Assembly (NCBI GenBank): GCA_963767925.1
Contig: CAVYGB010000002.1
Coordinates: 1,632,001-1,696,000, forward strand
Length of the DNA: 64,000 nt
Direction of reading: 5' to 3'
DNA from: an uncultured delta proteobacterium
GTDB lineage: Bacteria; Myxococcota_A; Polyangia; Fen-1088
The first letter of the stretch is position 1, and every line of letters starts with the position of its first letter. Positions 51,847-64,000 of this stretch are shown piece after piece. The notes under the pieces were generated by a model. The model ran no database searches. It saw only the letters and a list, made by a program, of their open reading frames with translations, and had not been told where the DNA came from. The translations under genes were made by a program, and so were the position numbers.

Positions 51847-52091
51847 GACGAACGACCTGGGCCCCGTCGAGGTTGTGGCTCGGCGCCGGCGCAGGCCTTC
51901 TGTGGACTGCTACCCCTCACCGGCGGACAACGTTGACGTCACCCCCCGGGCCATTCCGTCAAACCCGTGTAAAATCAAACATTAAGACATCACCTGGAAA
52001 CCTTCCCGGCTCCCCAAGGTGTGCCCATTGCGTACGTCACCGCCCCCCGGCCACTGGACAGCGCGCGCACAGAGCAGCGAGCCCCCCGGAG

Positions 52092-52285
52092 CCCCTCACC
52101 CCCACCCTCTCCGTGCGGCCGCGGAGGGCGAACAGGCAACGGGGAACCTGCTTGCCTCCTCCAGGCAACCGGGAGAGAGGATCCCTGATCCAACCTGGCT
52201 CCGGCGCGCCCGGGAACCGATCGACGACTCGACATCACCCGTTCGCCCTCGCCCCGCGAAGCGGGGAGAGGGTTGGGGTGAGGGG
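52092..52285. repeat. Inverted doublet of REP-like elements
   Basis: Forward cccctcacccccaccctctcc...gagggcgaac (52092-52133) and reverse gttcgccctcgccccgc...ggggagagggttggggtgagggg (52241-52285). Confidence 0.8.
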
Positions 52286-52316
52286 TCTGCGCCCACACCC
52301 GCCGGCCAGCCAAGGA

Positions 52317-52925
52317 TCAGGGCAGCCGCTTGGGCGGCACTTCGGAGGTCGCGGGCTTGATCGGATCGGGCGTCCGCCGCTGGCCGCTGCGGGAGCCGCT
52401 GGCGAGGGCGTCCTCGTCGCGCTTGCTGGCCGCCGAGGTGGTCATCTGCGAGCCGAGATCCATCCCCGAGGGGGGATTGGCGGCGGCTACCGGCGCGGGG
52501 GCCGCCACGCTGGCCGCGGCCAGCGCCAGGGCCTCGCTGACCGCCTGCTCCTGGCTCGGCATGGCGCCGATCTCCAGCTCGCACTCACCGAAGAACACGT
52601 GGGTCGAGGTGTCCTCCTCGGAGTTGGCCACCGTGAGCGAATCGGCGCGGATGAGGACGCCGTCGCGCAGCCGGCCGTACACCTCGGCCTGCTCGGCCTC
52701 GTAGGTGCCCTCGAGCTCGCCGCTGGCCCGCAGCTTGGTGACCTTGGCGTGTCCGATCACGACGCCCGAGGCGTCGACCTCGAGCCCCGGTCCGGTGATC
52801 TCACCCTCCAGCACGCCCCGCACGATGACCGTCGAGGTGGCCGTGATGGTGCCCTTGAACACCGCTCCCTGGTCGATGATGCTGGCCCGACCCTCGGGCG
52901 GGCGTCCGTTGCCTGTCTTGCTCAT
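52317..52925 (-). CDS. Bactofilin (polymer-forming cytoskeletal protein)
   Basis: SIIDQGAVFKGTI...VIVRGVLEGEI...LEVDASGVVIG...ASGELEG, the DUF583/CcmA beta-helix pattern. Disordered C-terminal tail. Confidence 0.85.
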   Translation of the reverse strand: MSKTGNGRPPEGRASIIDQGAVFKGTITATSTVIVRGVLEGEITGPGLEVDASGVVIGHAKVTKLRASGELEGTYEAEQAEVYGRLRDGVLIRADSLTVANSEEDTSTHVFFGECELEIGAMPSQEQAVSEALALAAASVAAPAPVAAANPPSGMDLGSQMTTSAASKRDEDALASGSRSGQRRTPDPIKPATSEVPPKRLP

Positions 52926-52929
52926 CTGG

Positions 52930-54174
52930 TTATCCGCCTTTCGGGGCGCTGCTGGACTGTCCGGTTGACTTCACGATGCGAAGCCGCAGCCGCGACCCCC
53001 GCTCGAACGCGAACTGAGTCAGCTCCGGCGCCTGCTCGATCGAGGCGACGATGGCTCCTCGCCCCGCCACCGCCAGGCGGCGCGGCCCCACGATCCCCGG
53101 ACTGTTGCGTTCGAAGAACTGACCCTGAATGGTTATGTCGCCCGCGCCGACGATGCGGCAGTCGGCCAGGACGCCGCTCGGTCCCACCACCAGCTCGGTG
53201 CCCGGCCGCAGCCGGACCTCGCAGTTTTGAAAGAGGCTGTCGATCTCCACCCGCACGCCGTCCGACAGCTCGAGGGTGGCGTCGCGCAGGACGTCTCCCC
53301 GCCCGAAGTAGCGGCGCTGTCCGCCCGGCTTGCGGCCGGGGCCGCCGCCGAGGGTGAGCCAGTCGGCGCACTCCGCCTCGGGGATGCGCGCGGTGCCGCT
53401 GCCGTCGGGCGTGTTGTCGAGGAAGGTGGCCTTGATGTCGGTGGCGGCCCGTCCGGTCGGCACCATGCCGGCGATCTTGGCCCCGGTCACGGTGGCCCCA
53501 TCGAGCACCGCCCCGCTCAGGTTGGACTGGCGCAGGTCGGCCGAGGTGAGGTCGATGCGCCGCAGGTCGGCCTGCAAGAAGGCCGCCCCGCCGAAGCGGG
53601 CCATGCCGGCCCGGGCGCCCTGCATGTTGGCGTCCTGGAACTGGGCCCGGGTAAAGTCGCCCTCCTGCAGGGTGGCCGACTCCAGCCGGGCCCCCGAGAA
53701 GTCGGCCCCCGGCGCCTTGGCCCCGCCGAGGAAGGCGTCTTCCAGATCGGCGTGCTCGAGGATGGCGTCGCGCAGGTCGGCGCCCGAGAGGTTGGCGGTG
53801 GCGAGCTGGGCGAAGCTGAGGCGGGCCCCGCTGAGGCTGGCGCCCGACAGGTTGGCCCCCTCGAGGTTGGCGCGCGCGAGGTTGGCGCCGACCAGGATGG
53901 CCTTCTCCATCTTGGCCCCCTCCAGGTCGGCGTTCTCCAGGTTGGCGTCGCGCAGGTCGGCGCCGCCGAGCTGCACTTCGCGCAGGCTGGCGTTTTTCAG
54001 GTTGGCCTGGCGGAGGACGCTGCCTTCGAGGTTGGCCCCTTCCAGGTCGGCGCGCGCGAGCGCCGCTCCCGGGAGCTGGGCCTTCGACAGGTCCAGGCCG
54101 CGCAGGTCGGTCCGCTCCAGCTTTTCGCCTTTGCGGACCTTGCTCAGAACTTGATCACGGGTGAGTTCGGCCAT
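52930..54174 (-). CDS. Pentapeptide-repeat protein with C-terminal bactofilin-like domain
   Basis: About 200 aa of A(D/N)Lxx repeats, then YFGRGDVL...ELVVGPSGVL...DITIQGQF...FAFERGSRL. Confidence 0.85.
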   Translation of the reverse strand: MAELTRDQVLSKVRKGEKLERTDLRGLDLSKAQLPGAALARADLEGANLEGSVLRQANLKNASLREVQLGGADLRDANLENADLEGAKMEKAILVGANLARANLEGANLSGASLSGARLSFAQLATANLSGADLRDAILEHADLEDAFLGGAKAPGADFSGARLESATLQEGDFTRAQFQDANMQGARAGMARFGGAAFLQADLRRIDLTSADLRQSNLSGAVLDGATVTGAKIAGMVPTGRAATDIKATFLDNTPDGSGTARIPEAECADWLTLGGGPGRKPGGQRRYFGRGDVLRDATLELSDGVRVEIDSLFQNCEVRLRPGTELVVGPSGVLADCRIVGAGDITIQGQFFERNSPGIVGPRRLAVAGRGAIVASIEQAPELTQFAFERGSRLRLRIVKSTGQSSSAPKGG

Positions 54175-55021
54175 TGGGGGTATCTCCCATGGGACCCTTC
54201 CGACCGGAAGTCAAAACACCGGCGGCGGCCCCAGCTCGTAACAATCGATGGAGCTCGTCGATCCGGCGGGCGAACGACAGCTTTTCGAGACGCAACATCA
54301 GGTCCAGCTCCCCGACCGAGGCCAGGGCCGCCTTGATGGACATGTAAACCCGGTCGCGGTCCTGGCGGAGCTGGCGGCGGGCGGTGACCTGCTCCCGGGT
54401 CCAGCCGGCGGTGGCCCGCTCGTGGCTGGTGTGAACGGTCTCGAGCTGGGCGGTCAGCGGCTCGAGCACCTGCCAGGCAGCGGCCTGGATCTCGCGCGAG
54501 GGGGCGGTCAGCCCGCCCTGCCAGCGGGCCAGCACGGCCACCACCGCCTCGGCGACCGCGGGGGGCAGGCCGGTCGTCCGGGTCAGGTCGGCGGCGCCGA
54601 GCTTGAGCAGCGGGGCCAGCCGGAGCAGCCCCGCCGACCCGAGCTTGAACACCGCCAGGCTGTCGACGCCCGGGATCTGGAGCAGCAGCGCCTCGACAAC
54701 CATCGGCTCGCGCCGGTCGGAGTCGCTGGCCGGGTCGCCCGCGGAGGTTGTGGTGGGCGTCGCCGTCGGGGTCCCGGTGGTGGTGGGCGGGCGGGTCGGC
54801 GTGCCGGTCAGATCCAGCTCGCTGGGGGTGGTGTCGTGCTCGGGCACGGCCGCCTCGGGCGTGGCGCCGGCCTCGGCCGCGCGCGCGCCGCCGTTGGCCG
54901 CGGCCGCCTCGGCCAGGACCTCCCTCAGCGCCACGTCGAGGGCAGACTCCTCTCCGGGCAGATCCGAGCCGGAGTTGTCCCGACGTTTCGGGGCGGGGTG
55001 GTGGTCGTCTTGAGCCGGCAT
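54155..55021 (-). CDS. Helix-hairpin-helix and coiled-coil protein with disordered N-terminus
   Basis: LLLQIPGVDSLAVFKL...ADLTRTTGLPPAVAEAVV is an (HhH)2-like pattern. Overlaps the next gene by 20 nt. Confidence 0.7.
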   Translation of the reverse strand: MPAQDDHHPAPKRRDNSGSDLPGEESALDVALREVLAEAAAANGGARAAEAGATPEAAVPEHDTTPSELDLTGTPTRPPTTTGTPTATPTTTSAGDPASDSDRREPMVVEALLLQIPGVDSLAVFKLGSAGLLRLAPLLKLGAADLTRTTGLPPAVAEAVVAVLARWQGGLTAPSREIQAAAWQVLEPLTAQLETVHTSHERATAGWTREQVTARRQLRQDRDRVYMSIKAALASVGELDLMLRLEKLSFARRIDELHRLLRAGAAAGVLTSGRKGPMGDTPNGRTHP

Positions 55022-55245
55022 GTCCTTCTAAGGGCCCCGTACGTAAGCGCCCGACATAGTACCACCCGCGCGTTGCACCACAGGTGCGACTTTTGCGCTA
55101 CCTTCCGCCCACTGTCGCCCACGCTGACTGCTAACCCAGCAGCAACACTGGGGAGACCGACCGGCTCGGCCGCGTGACGGATCGGCGTCGCCGTCACGCT
55201 CGACGCGGCCTTGGCCAGCCGCGATGTCTCACCTGGACGGCGGCT

Positions 55246-57060
55246 TCAGCGATCGGCGGTGAACCGCAGCAACAGGCGTCCATTTCCGGCCAGATCGAAG
55301 GTGCGCGTGATGGTCCGGTAACCCTCCCGGCTGATGACCAGCGTGTGGCGGCCGGGGGTGACCAGCACGGGCCGGCCGAGGGGCGTCTTGCCGACCAGGC
55401 GCCCGTCGATTGTCACCTGGGCGTCGGCGATGTTGCACAGGACCTCGACCTCCCCGAACTTCCTCCGCAGGGCAATGCTCTGGCGTTCTGCATCGGCCTT
55501 CTCGTCGGGATCGAGGCCACCGGCCGACAGGGCCGAGCGGAAGGCGAGCAGCGCCTGATCCTCTTCCCCCTGCGCCCGGTGGTTCATCGCCTGCCGGTAA
55601 AAGGCCGATCCGCCGCCTGCGGTGTTGACCGTACGGGGCGCCGGGCCGCGGGCCTTGCCCCCACGCCGGCGCGGCGGCGCGACCTCGGGCTCCCCGCGCT
55701 CGGCGGTTGTCGGACCGGGTGGCTTCGCCTCGGCCCCGACCTCCTCCCCGGCGGGTGGGATCCCCTCGCCCTGTTTCGGATCGGTTTCAACGACCGTCTC
55801 CGCGGGCGGCGGCGCCTCGTTCCCCGCCGCCTGCTGCCCGGGCGGCGGCGCCGTCTCTCCGGTCGCCGGCGGCTGGGCGACCGGATCGCTGGCCGGTGGG
55901 GCCTTGCTCGCCGTCGGTGGGGCCTTGCTCGCCGTCGGCGGGGCCGGCGGCGGCGCGGTGGTGGCGGCGGGCCCGGGGGTCGGCGCCGTCGGTCCGGTCG
56001 CGGTGGCGACCGTCCCGGTCGGGGCGGGGCGGGGGCGCTTCCACCAGAACATGCCCGCCACGCCGGCCGCGACAAGCGCCGTCACGAGGATGAGCGGGCC
56101 GCGGCGCTTGCCCGCCGGCGCCGGCGCCGGCGCCACCCGGGTGGCCAGCGAGGGGACCGCCGGGTTGAGGAACCGCTGCAGCTCGGCCCCCAGCTCGGCC
56201 ATGTTCTGGAACCGCTCCTCGGGCTTCTTGGCCAGCGCGCGCATCGTGATCGCCTCGATCATCGGCGGCAGGTCGGGCACCAGCGTGCGAGGCGGGGTCA
56301 CCGCCTCGTGCAGGTGGGCGGCCAGCACCTCGCCCACCCCCGCGTGGTCGAAGGGCGGGCGCCCGGTGACCATCATGTAGAGGATGCAGCCGACCGAATA
56401 GATGTCGGCCCGGTGGTCGATCTGTCCGGCCCCCCGGCACTGCTCGGGCGCCATGAACAGCGGCGTGCCGAGCAACATGCCGGTGCTGGTGCGGACGTCG
56501 CGGGCCCCCTGGCTCGCGCTCGGGCTGGGCAGCAGCAGCTTGGCGATCCCGAAGTCGAGGATCTTGACCCGCTCGCGGCCCGGGTTCTCCGGATCGGGCA
56601 CCAGGAAGATGTTGTCCGGCTTGAGATCGCGGTGGACGATCCCCTGGCCGTGGGCCGCTGCCACCCCGGCGGCGATCTGCCGCCCCACCTCGGCGGCCGC
56701 CTCGGCCGACAGCCGCTTCACCTTGGTCAGGCGGTCGTTGAGGCTCTGCCCCTCGAGGAAGTCCATGACCAGGTAGCCGGCCCCGTCGGGCAGAAAACCG
56801 AAGTCGAACACCTCGACGAGGGCGGGGTGGCGCAGGCTGGCCGCCGTCTTGGCCTCGTTGAAAAAGCGCGTCACGAGGTCGGGCCGCTTCGAGTGCTCGG
56901 GCAGCAGGATCTTGATGGCCGCCTTGCGTCCCAGCAGCGGGTGGGTCGCCAGGTAGACCGCGCCCATCCCCCCCTCGCCGATCTTGGCCTCGACGCGGTA
57001 GTTCCCCACCGACGTCCCCTCCGAGAGGGTGCTGGTCGCAGAGGGAGCCTGGGTGGTCAC
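55246..57060 (-). CDS. Membrane Ser/Thr protein kinase with C-terminal PEGA domain
   Basis: [32 protein letters not shown], one TM helix, AQVTIDG..VGKTPL...[12 protein letters not shown]. Confidence 0.95.
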   Translation of the reverse strand: MTTQAPSATSTLSEGTSVGNYRVEAKIGEGGMGAVYLATHPLLGRKAAIKILLPEHSKRPDLVTRFFNEAKTAASLRHPALVEVFDFGFLPDGAGYLVMDFLEGQSLNDRLTKVKRLSAEAAAEVGRQIAAGVAAAHGQGIVHRDLKPDNIFLVPDPENPGRERVKILDFGIAKLLLPSPSASQGARDVRTSTGMLLGTPLFMAPEQCRGAGQIDHRADIYSVGCILYMMVTGRPPFDHAGVGEVLAAHLHEAVTPPRTLVPDLPPMIEAITMRALAKKPEERFQNMAELGAELQRFLNPAVPSLATRVAPAPAPAGKRRGPLILVTALVAAGVAGMFWWKRPRPAPTGTVATATGPTAPTPGPAATTAPPPAPPTASKAPPTASKAPPASDPVAQPPATGETAPPPGQQAAGNEAPPPAETVVETDPKQGEGIPPAGEEVGAEAKPPGPTTAERGEPEVAPPRRRGGKARGPAPRTVNTAGGGSAFYRQAMNHRAQGEEDQALLAFRSALSAGGLDPDEKADAERQSIALRRKFGEVEVLCNIADAQVTIDGRLVGKTPLGRPVLVTPGRHTLVISREGYRTITRTFDLAGNGRLLLRFTADR

Positions 57061-57171
57061 CGTCCCATCATCGTCCTCGCCGGCCCGATTCTCAAGCCAC
57101 CCCCGATCTCGTCCAACCACCTTGTCCAGGCCGCGGGGGCTCCGTAAGCTGCGCGGAGGGGATCAGGGCAC

Positions 57172-58494
57172 ATGACTCCGGACAGCGCCGTGACGGTGGT
57201 GGGGGGCGGCCTCGCCGGGTGCGAGGCGGCCTGGCAGCTCGCGAGCGCCGGGGTGCCGGTCACCGTGCTCGAGTCCAAGCCAGCCCTCATGTCGCCGGCC
57301 CACGCCACCCCCCTGCTGGCCGAGATCGTCTGTTCGAACTCGCTCCGCTCCGACGCCGCCGAGACCCCGGCCGGGGTGCTCAAGGCCGAGCTGCGCCGGG
57401 CCGGGTCGATCATCATCGCCTGCGCCGACGCCACCCGGGTGCCGGCCGGCGACGCCCTGGCGGTCGACCGGATCGCCTTCGCCCGCCTGGTCACCCAGCG
57501 GCTGGCCAACCACCCCCGCATCCGCATCGAGCGCCGGGTCGTCGAGGACCTGCCCGAGGGTCCCTGCATCCTGGCCACCGGGCCCCTCACCGGCGGCGGC
57601 CTGGCCCGGGTGCTGGCCAGCCTGTGCGGCAAGCCGCTCTACTTCTACGACGCCCTCGCCCCCATCGTCGACGCCGACAGCATCGACACGACGATCGCCT
57701 TCCGGGCCTCCCGCTACGGCAACGGAGTCGTCGAGGGGCAAGGCGAGGGCGACTACCTCAACTGCCCGCTCGACCGCGCGGAGTACGAGGCCTTCGTCGG
57801 GGCGGTGCGCGCCGGGCGCAAGGTGCTGCCCCACTCCTTCGAAGAGGCGAAATATTTCGAGGGCTGCCTGCCCATCGAGGTCATGGCCGACCGCGGGATG
57901 GACGTGCTGGCCTTCGGCCCCATGCGCCCGGTGGGCCTTGTCGACCCCCGCAACGGCCTCCGCCCCCACGCGGTGGTGCAGCTCCGCGCCGAGAACCGCC
58001 ACCGCACCGCCTACAACCTGGTCGGCTTCCAGACCCGGCTGGCCTACCCCGAGCAGCCCCGCATCTTCCGCCTCATCCCCGGCCTGGAGCGGGCCGAGCT
58101 GCTCCGCTACGGGTCGATCCACCGCAACTCCTACGTGGACGCGCCCCGCCTGCTCGGCCCCGAGCTGGAGCTGCGCGCCCGCCCCGAGCTGCAGCTCGCC
58201 GGCCAGATCACGGGCGTCGAGGGGTACATCGAGTCGACCGCGATGGGGCTGCTGGCCGCCCGCTTCTGCGCCGGCCGGCTGCAAGGCCGCCCCAGCCCGC
58301 CGCCGCCGCCCGAGTCGGCCATCGGCGCCCTGCACACCCACGTCACCCGCCCGCGCCAGCGCGACGAGCGCTTCGAGCCGATGAACATCAACTTCGGCCT
58401 GCTGCCCCCCCTGCCCGGCCGCCCCAACAAGCGCGACCGCCGCCGCCTCCACGCCACCCGGGCCCTGCAAGCCTTCGCCGCCTGGTGCGGCTGA
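57172..58494 (+). CDS. trmFO: Folate/FAD-dependent tRNA (uracil-54) methyltransferase
   Basis: [51 protein letters not shown]. Confidence 0.97.
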   Translation: MTPDSAVTVVGGGLAGCEAAWQLASAGVPVTVLESKPALMSPAHATPLLAEIVCSNSLRSDAAETPAGVLKAELRRAGSIIIACADATRVPAGDALAVDRIAFARLVTQRLANHPRIRIERRVVEDLPEGPCILATGPLTGGGLARVLASLCGKPLYFYDALAPIVDADSIDTTIAFRASRYGNGVVEGQGEGDYLNCPLDRAEYEAFVGAVRAGRKVLPHSFEEAKYFEGCLPIEVMADRGMDVLAFGPMRPVGLVDPRNGLRPHAVVQLRAENRHRTAYNLVGFQTRLAYPEQPRIFRLIPGLERAELLRYGSIHRNSYVDAPRLLGPELELRARPELQLAGQITGVEGYIESTAMGLLAARFCAGRLQGRPSPPPPPESAIGALHTHVTRPRQRDERFEPMNINFGLLPPLPGRPNKRDRRRLHATRALQAFAAWCG

Positions 58495-58657
58495 GGGCAG
58501 GGGGCCGCGCGCGGCCTGCGCCCCCTCGGCGCCAGCAGCCCGTGGACAAGGTGCCTTCGGACGCGCCGAGCTCGAACGTCGGCTTTCTCACGGGTTGCCA
58601 GCGCCGTCGGGGCCGAAACTCGCCGGGGGCGGTCGCCGCGGATACCATCGGCCGGAC

Positions 58658-59939
<1,282 letters not shown>

Positions 59940-59959
<20 letters not shown>

Positions 59960-60230
59960 CCGCCGCGACGACCACGAACTCCGCGCTCGCCGAGAGGCCC
60001 GACCACTGGGCCGTCACCGTGACCCGCCCCGCCCGCAGCGGCGACAGCTTGCCCTGCCGGCTGACCGCCGCCACGGCCGCCGCCGAGCTGGTCCACTGGG
60101 CCACGTTCGCCGGGATCAGCCGCGTCTCCCCCTTGCCGGTCGCCCCATGAAGGTTGAGCTGGACCGCGCTCCCGACCGCGACAGTCCCGTCAGCCGGATC
60201 CAGCCGGATCGAGACGACATTCTGACCCAC
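59940..60230 (-). CDS. Stand-alone bacterial Ig-like (Big_2-like) domain, possibly a gene remnant
   Basis: VAVGSAVQL...WTSSAAAVAAVS..G..AGRVTVTA. No signal peptide. Confidence 0.6.
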
Positions 60231-60270
60231 GAGCCCAGCCTAGCAGCCCCCCCGCGCCCGCGCCGCCGGC

Positions 60271-60482
60271 CCCCTCACCCACCTTCTCCCCGCTGCCGCT
60301 GCTGGGCGAGGGCGAACAACCGACCAGGTGCCGCGATCCCCTTTCGCAGCCCCACCAACCAGTCAGGGGGAGCGGAAATGTCGGCCGGGTCCGTCAGATG
60401 TGCCCGTCTGGACGATGACCGCGGCACCTCCCCGCACGTTCGCCCTCGCCCCGCGGTAGCGGGGAGAGGGTGGCGTGAGGGG
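60271..60482. repeat. Inverted doublet of REP-like elements
   Basis: Forward cccctcacccaccttctcccc...gggcgagggcgaac (60271-60317) and reverse gttcgccctcgccccgc...ggggagagggtggcgtgagggg (60438-60482). Confidence 0.8.
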
Positions 60483-60599
60483 CCTTCGCACGGCCCGGGC
60501 GCCCGACCTCCCGCGAGCGCGAGCGGTGGGGACCCGGTGCACTCTTTGAGCTGGAGCTCGCTGAGGTGGAAGGCGGCGCTGGCGCCGTTGTTGGCGGTC

Positions 60600-60840
60600 A
60601 TCGTGAGGGGCGCCGGCCGGCTTCCAGAGATCCTCACCGCTGTAGAGCATGCCGCTGATGGCGCCGGTCGGCCGTGGATGTTGACCCCGGTGTTCGAGCC
60701 GCCGAGGTTCGAGCCACCCAGGTTCGAGCCGCCGAGGTTGTTGCCGCCCAGGTTGCTGCCGCCGAGGTTCGACCCCCCGAGGTTCGAGCCGCCCAGGTTC
60801 ACGCCGCCGAGGTTGCTGCCCCCCAGGTTGGAGCCGCCGC
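60600..60840 (-). pseudogene. Remnant of an (NLGGS)n-repeat protein gene
   Basis: About 9 NLGG(S/N/V) units with varied synonymous codons, then NTGVNIHG, a frameshift, and GAISGMLYSGEDLWKP. No upstream start or RBS. Confidence 0.65.
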
Positions 60841-60870
60841 CGGTCGGCGAAGCGCCCCGTCAGCGCGGCG

Positions 60871-62385
60871 TCAGAAGGTCCCGCCGAGGACCAGGCCGCC
60901 GCCGCCGGGCAGCGGCGCCGGCGCCAGGCCGAACAGCTCGCTCGTCGTGTTGTTGTATTCGGGCACCAGCAGCAGCACGACGCCCGTCGACGCCAGCAGC
61001 AGCCCGCCGATGGTGGCCACCCCGCTCCAGAAGCGGGCGCTCTGGGCCTCCCGGTACAGGCCCATCTGCCGCTCGGAGTTGCCGCGCGTGCTGTCGCCCA
61101 GCGCCTGCTTCTCGTTGGCGATCCCGTTGCCGTAGCGCCCGAAGCTGAAGGAGACCAGGCCCACGCCGAGGAAGGTCCAGCCCGGGATGTCGGTGTACCA
61201 GGGGTCGATGCTCGGCTCTTCCTGATCGGGCATCGAGCGGGAGGCCGCCACCAGGGCCCCGGCCTCCTCGGGCTTGAGCACGCCGGGGACGTCCTTGCCG
61301 GTGGCGAGGTAGCGGCCGAGGGCGTTGGCCCGGTTGGCCTCGAGGCGGACCAGCCCCTGGCGGTTGAGGAAGCCCGAGCGCAGGTACAGCCGGGCGTTGA
61401 GCCAGTCGGCCCCGCTCAGCTCGCCGACCGAGGCCAGCACCACCACGTCGGCGTCGAGCCGCTCGGACAGGCGGCGGGCGTAGCTCTCCTCGAGGCTCCG
61501 TCGCTCCTGGGGCGAGGAGAAGCGGACCCGCTTCAACCCCTCGGCGGCGAAGTTGCGCTCGAACTCGGCGTCGAGGACCTCCTGGCGCGTGGTCTCGTTG
61601 CCGGGGATCACGATCCGCTTGGCGATCGAGGCGGTGGCGGGGGTGGCGGCGGCCGTCGCGGTGGCGGGCTGGGCCTCGCAGCGGGCCTCGGCGTAGTAGG
61701 CCTCCTCCTGCAAGACGCGCAGCTCGACCGGCGACTTGCCGGCGGCGACGCCGTTGACGGTGACCTGACAGCCCTCGGGCCGGGTGACGAGGGTCAGCTT
61801 GGCCCCCATGTCGCCTGCCGGCGCGCGCAGCAGCTCCTTGGCGGCGGGGCTGACCCGCTCGACGTCATCGGGGCGGCGGCCGGGATAGGCCAGCACGGTC
61901 TCGGCGGCGGTCTGCTTGGCCTTGTCGCCCTGCTTGGCGGCGAGCTGGGCGGTCACCAGCAGGGCTCCGGTCCGGTAGGCCAGCTCGTCGCCCGCCGGCC
62001 CGAGGGGGGCCTTCTTGGCGGCGGCCCGCAGCTCGCCCCGCACCCGTTCGAGCACGGTGGCGGCGTCGCTGGCGTCGCCGGTGACCTTGCGGGCGACGTC
62101 GTTCACCTCCGCCTGCAGGCGGCTGGCCTCGCCGGCGCCCGCCGGCTCGGACTGGAACTTGGCGAGGGCGGACAGCCCGTCACCCTGGGCGACGTTCCAC
62201 TGGGGGTTCTGCTTGAGGCCCTCGGCCAGGGCGGCCATCAGCGCCGTATCGGGCTCGCCGCCACCTCCGACGACGATGGGGACGACGACCAGCCGGCTGG
62301 CCGTCTGCGCGGCAGCGGCGGGGACGACGAGGCCGTGAGCCAGACCGAGAACCGCGGAGTAAACGAGCCCGAACCCTTTGCGCAT
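60871..62385 (-). CDS. Secreted PEGA-domain protein with C-terminal membrane segments
   Basis: Signal MRKGFGL...AAAA-Q, helical region, LVTRPEGCQVTVNGVAAGKSP, C-terminal PWY...GGGGLVLGGTF. Confidence 0.8.
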   Translation of the reverse strand: MRKGFGLVYSAVLGLAHGLVVPAAAAQTASRLVVVPIVVGGGGEPDTALMAALAEGLKQNPQWNVAQGDGLSALAKFQSEPAGAGEASRLQAEVNDVARKVTGDASDAATVLERVRGELRAAAKKAPLGPAGDELAYRTGALLVTAQLAAKQGDKAKQTAAETVLAYPGRRPDDVERVSPAAKELLRAPAGDMGAKLTLVTRPEGCQVTVNGVAAGKSPVELRVLQEEAYYAEARCEAQPATATAAATPATASIAKRIVIPGNETTRQEVLDAEFERNFAAEGLKRVRFSSPQERRSLEESYARRLSERLDADVVVLASVGELSGADWLNARLYLRSGFLNRQGLVRLEANRANALGRYLATGKDVPGVLKPEEAGALVAASRSMPDQEEPSIDPWYTDIPGWTFLGVGLVSFSFGRYGNGIANEKQALGDSTRGNSERQMGLYREAQSARFWSGVATIGGLLLASTGVVLLLVPEYNNTTSELFGLAPAPLPGGGGLVLGGTF

Positions 62386-62488
62386 GAACGTCTCCTTGGG
62401 CGTTTTGGTCTGGAGCCCGGGCAGGGTCCAAACTTCCCTACCGCCACCTACCCGGCCACAGAATAGCGCTTCGGGTCTGGCCGCGCGA

Positions 62489-63948
<1,460 letters not shown>

Positions 63949-63950
63949 GG

Positions 63951-64000
63951 TCAGAGCTCTTCGAAGGCGTGCTGGTTGTTGGTGTAGATGCAGATGTCGC
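63951..64000 (-). CDS. hslV: HslV protease subunit, C-terminal end (partial)
   Basis: ...[15 protein letters not shown], immediately upstream of hslU. Confidence 0.9.
   Translation of the reverse strand, partial: DICIYTNNQHAFEEL

Noticed and set aside
52930..54174. Qnr/MfpA quinolone-resistance protein
   Set aside because: It is much longer, has an extra C-terminal domain and sits in a bactofilin operon. Repeat type alone does not imply resistance.

Overview
A very GC-rich bacterial chromosomal segment with strong myxobacterial (Myxococcota, probably Polyangia-like) character: an ECF sigma/anti-sigma pair, tandem GltA/GltB-like outer-membrane beta-barrels, a Ser/Thr kinase and another protein with PEGA domains, bactofilins and many lipoproteins. 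About 60 CDS are supported. Housekeeping genes are ligA, trpS, murJ, trmFO, xerC and hslVU. There is also a gamma-glutamylation catabolic operon, an ABC-2 exporter, a three-adaptor MacB-type exporter with many indels (probably sequencing errors), and an alginate-lyase-family gene. I saw no rRNA, tRNA, CRISPR array, prophage or transposase. The best candidate for an undescribed system is a tightly coupled operon at 52317-55021: (HhH)2/coiled-coil protein, then a pentapeptide-repeat::bactofilin-like fusion, then a bactofilin. Other notable items: a matched pair of divergent ECF promoters (GTCACAC-N14-CGTTG); a 1415-aa internally duplicated membrane protein with a second, internal signal peptide; a histone-like (KTAS)12::VOC fusion; a dispersed REP family with inverted doublets next to a palindromic tandem array; two candidate small ORFs; and hslVU inverted relative to trmFO-xerC with gene debris in between. 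All family assignments come from reading motifs by eye; no searches were run.
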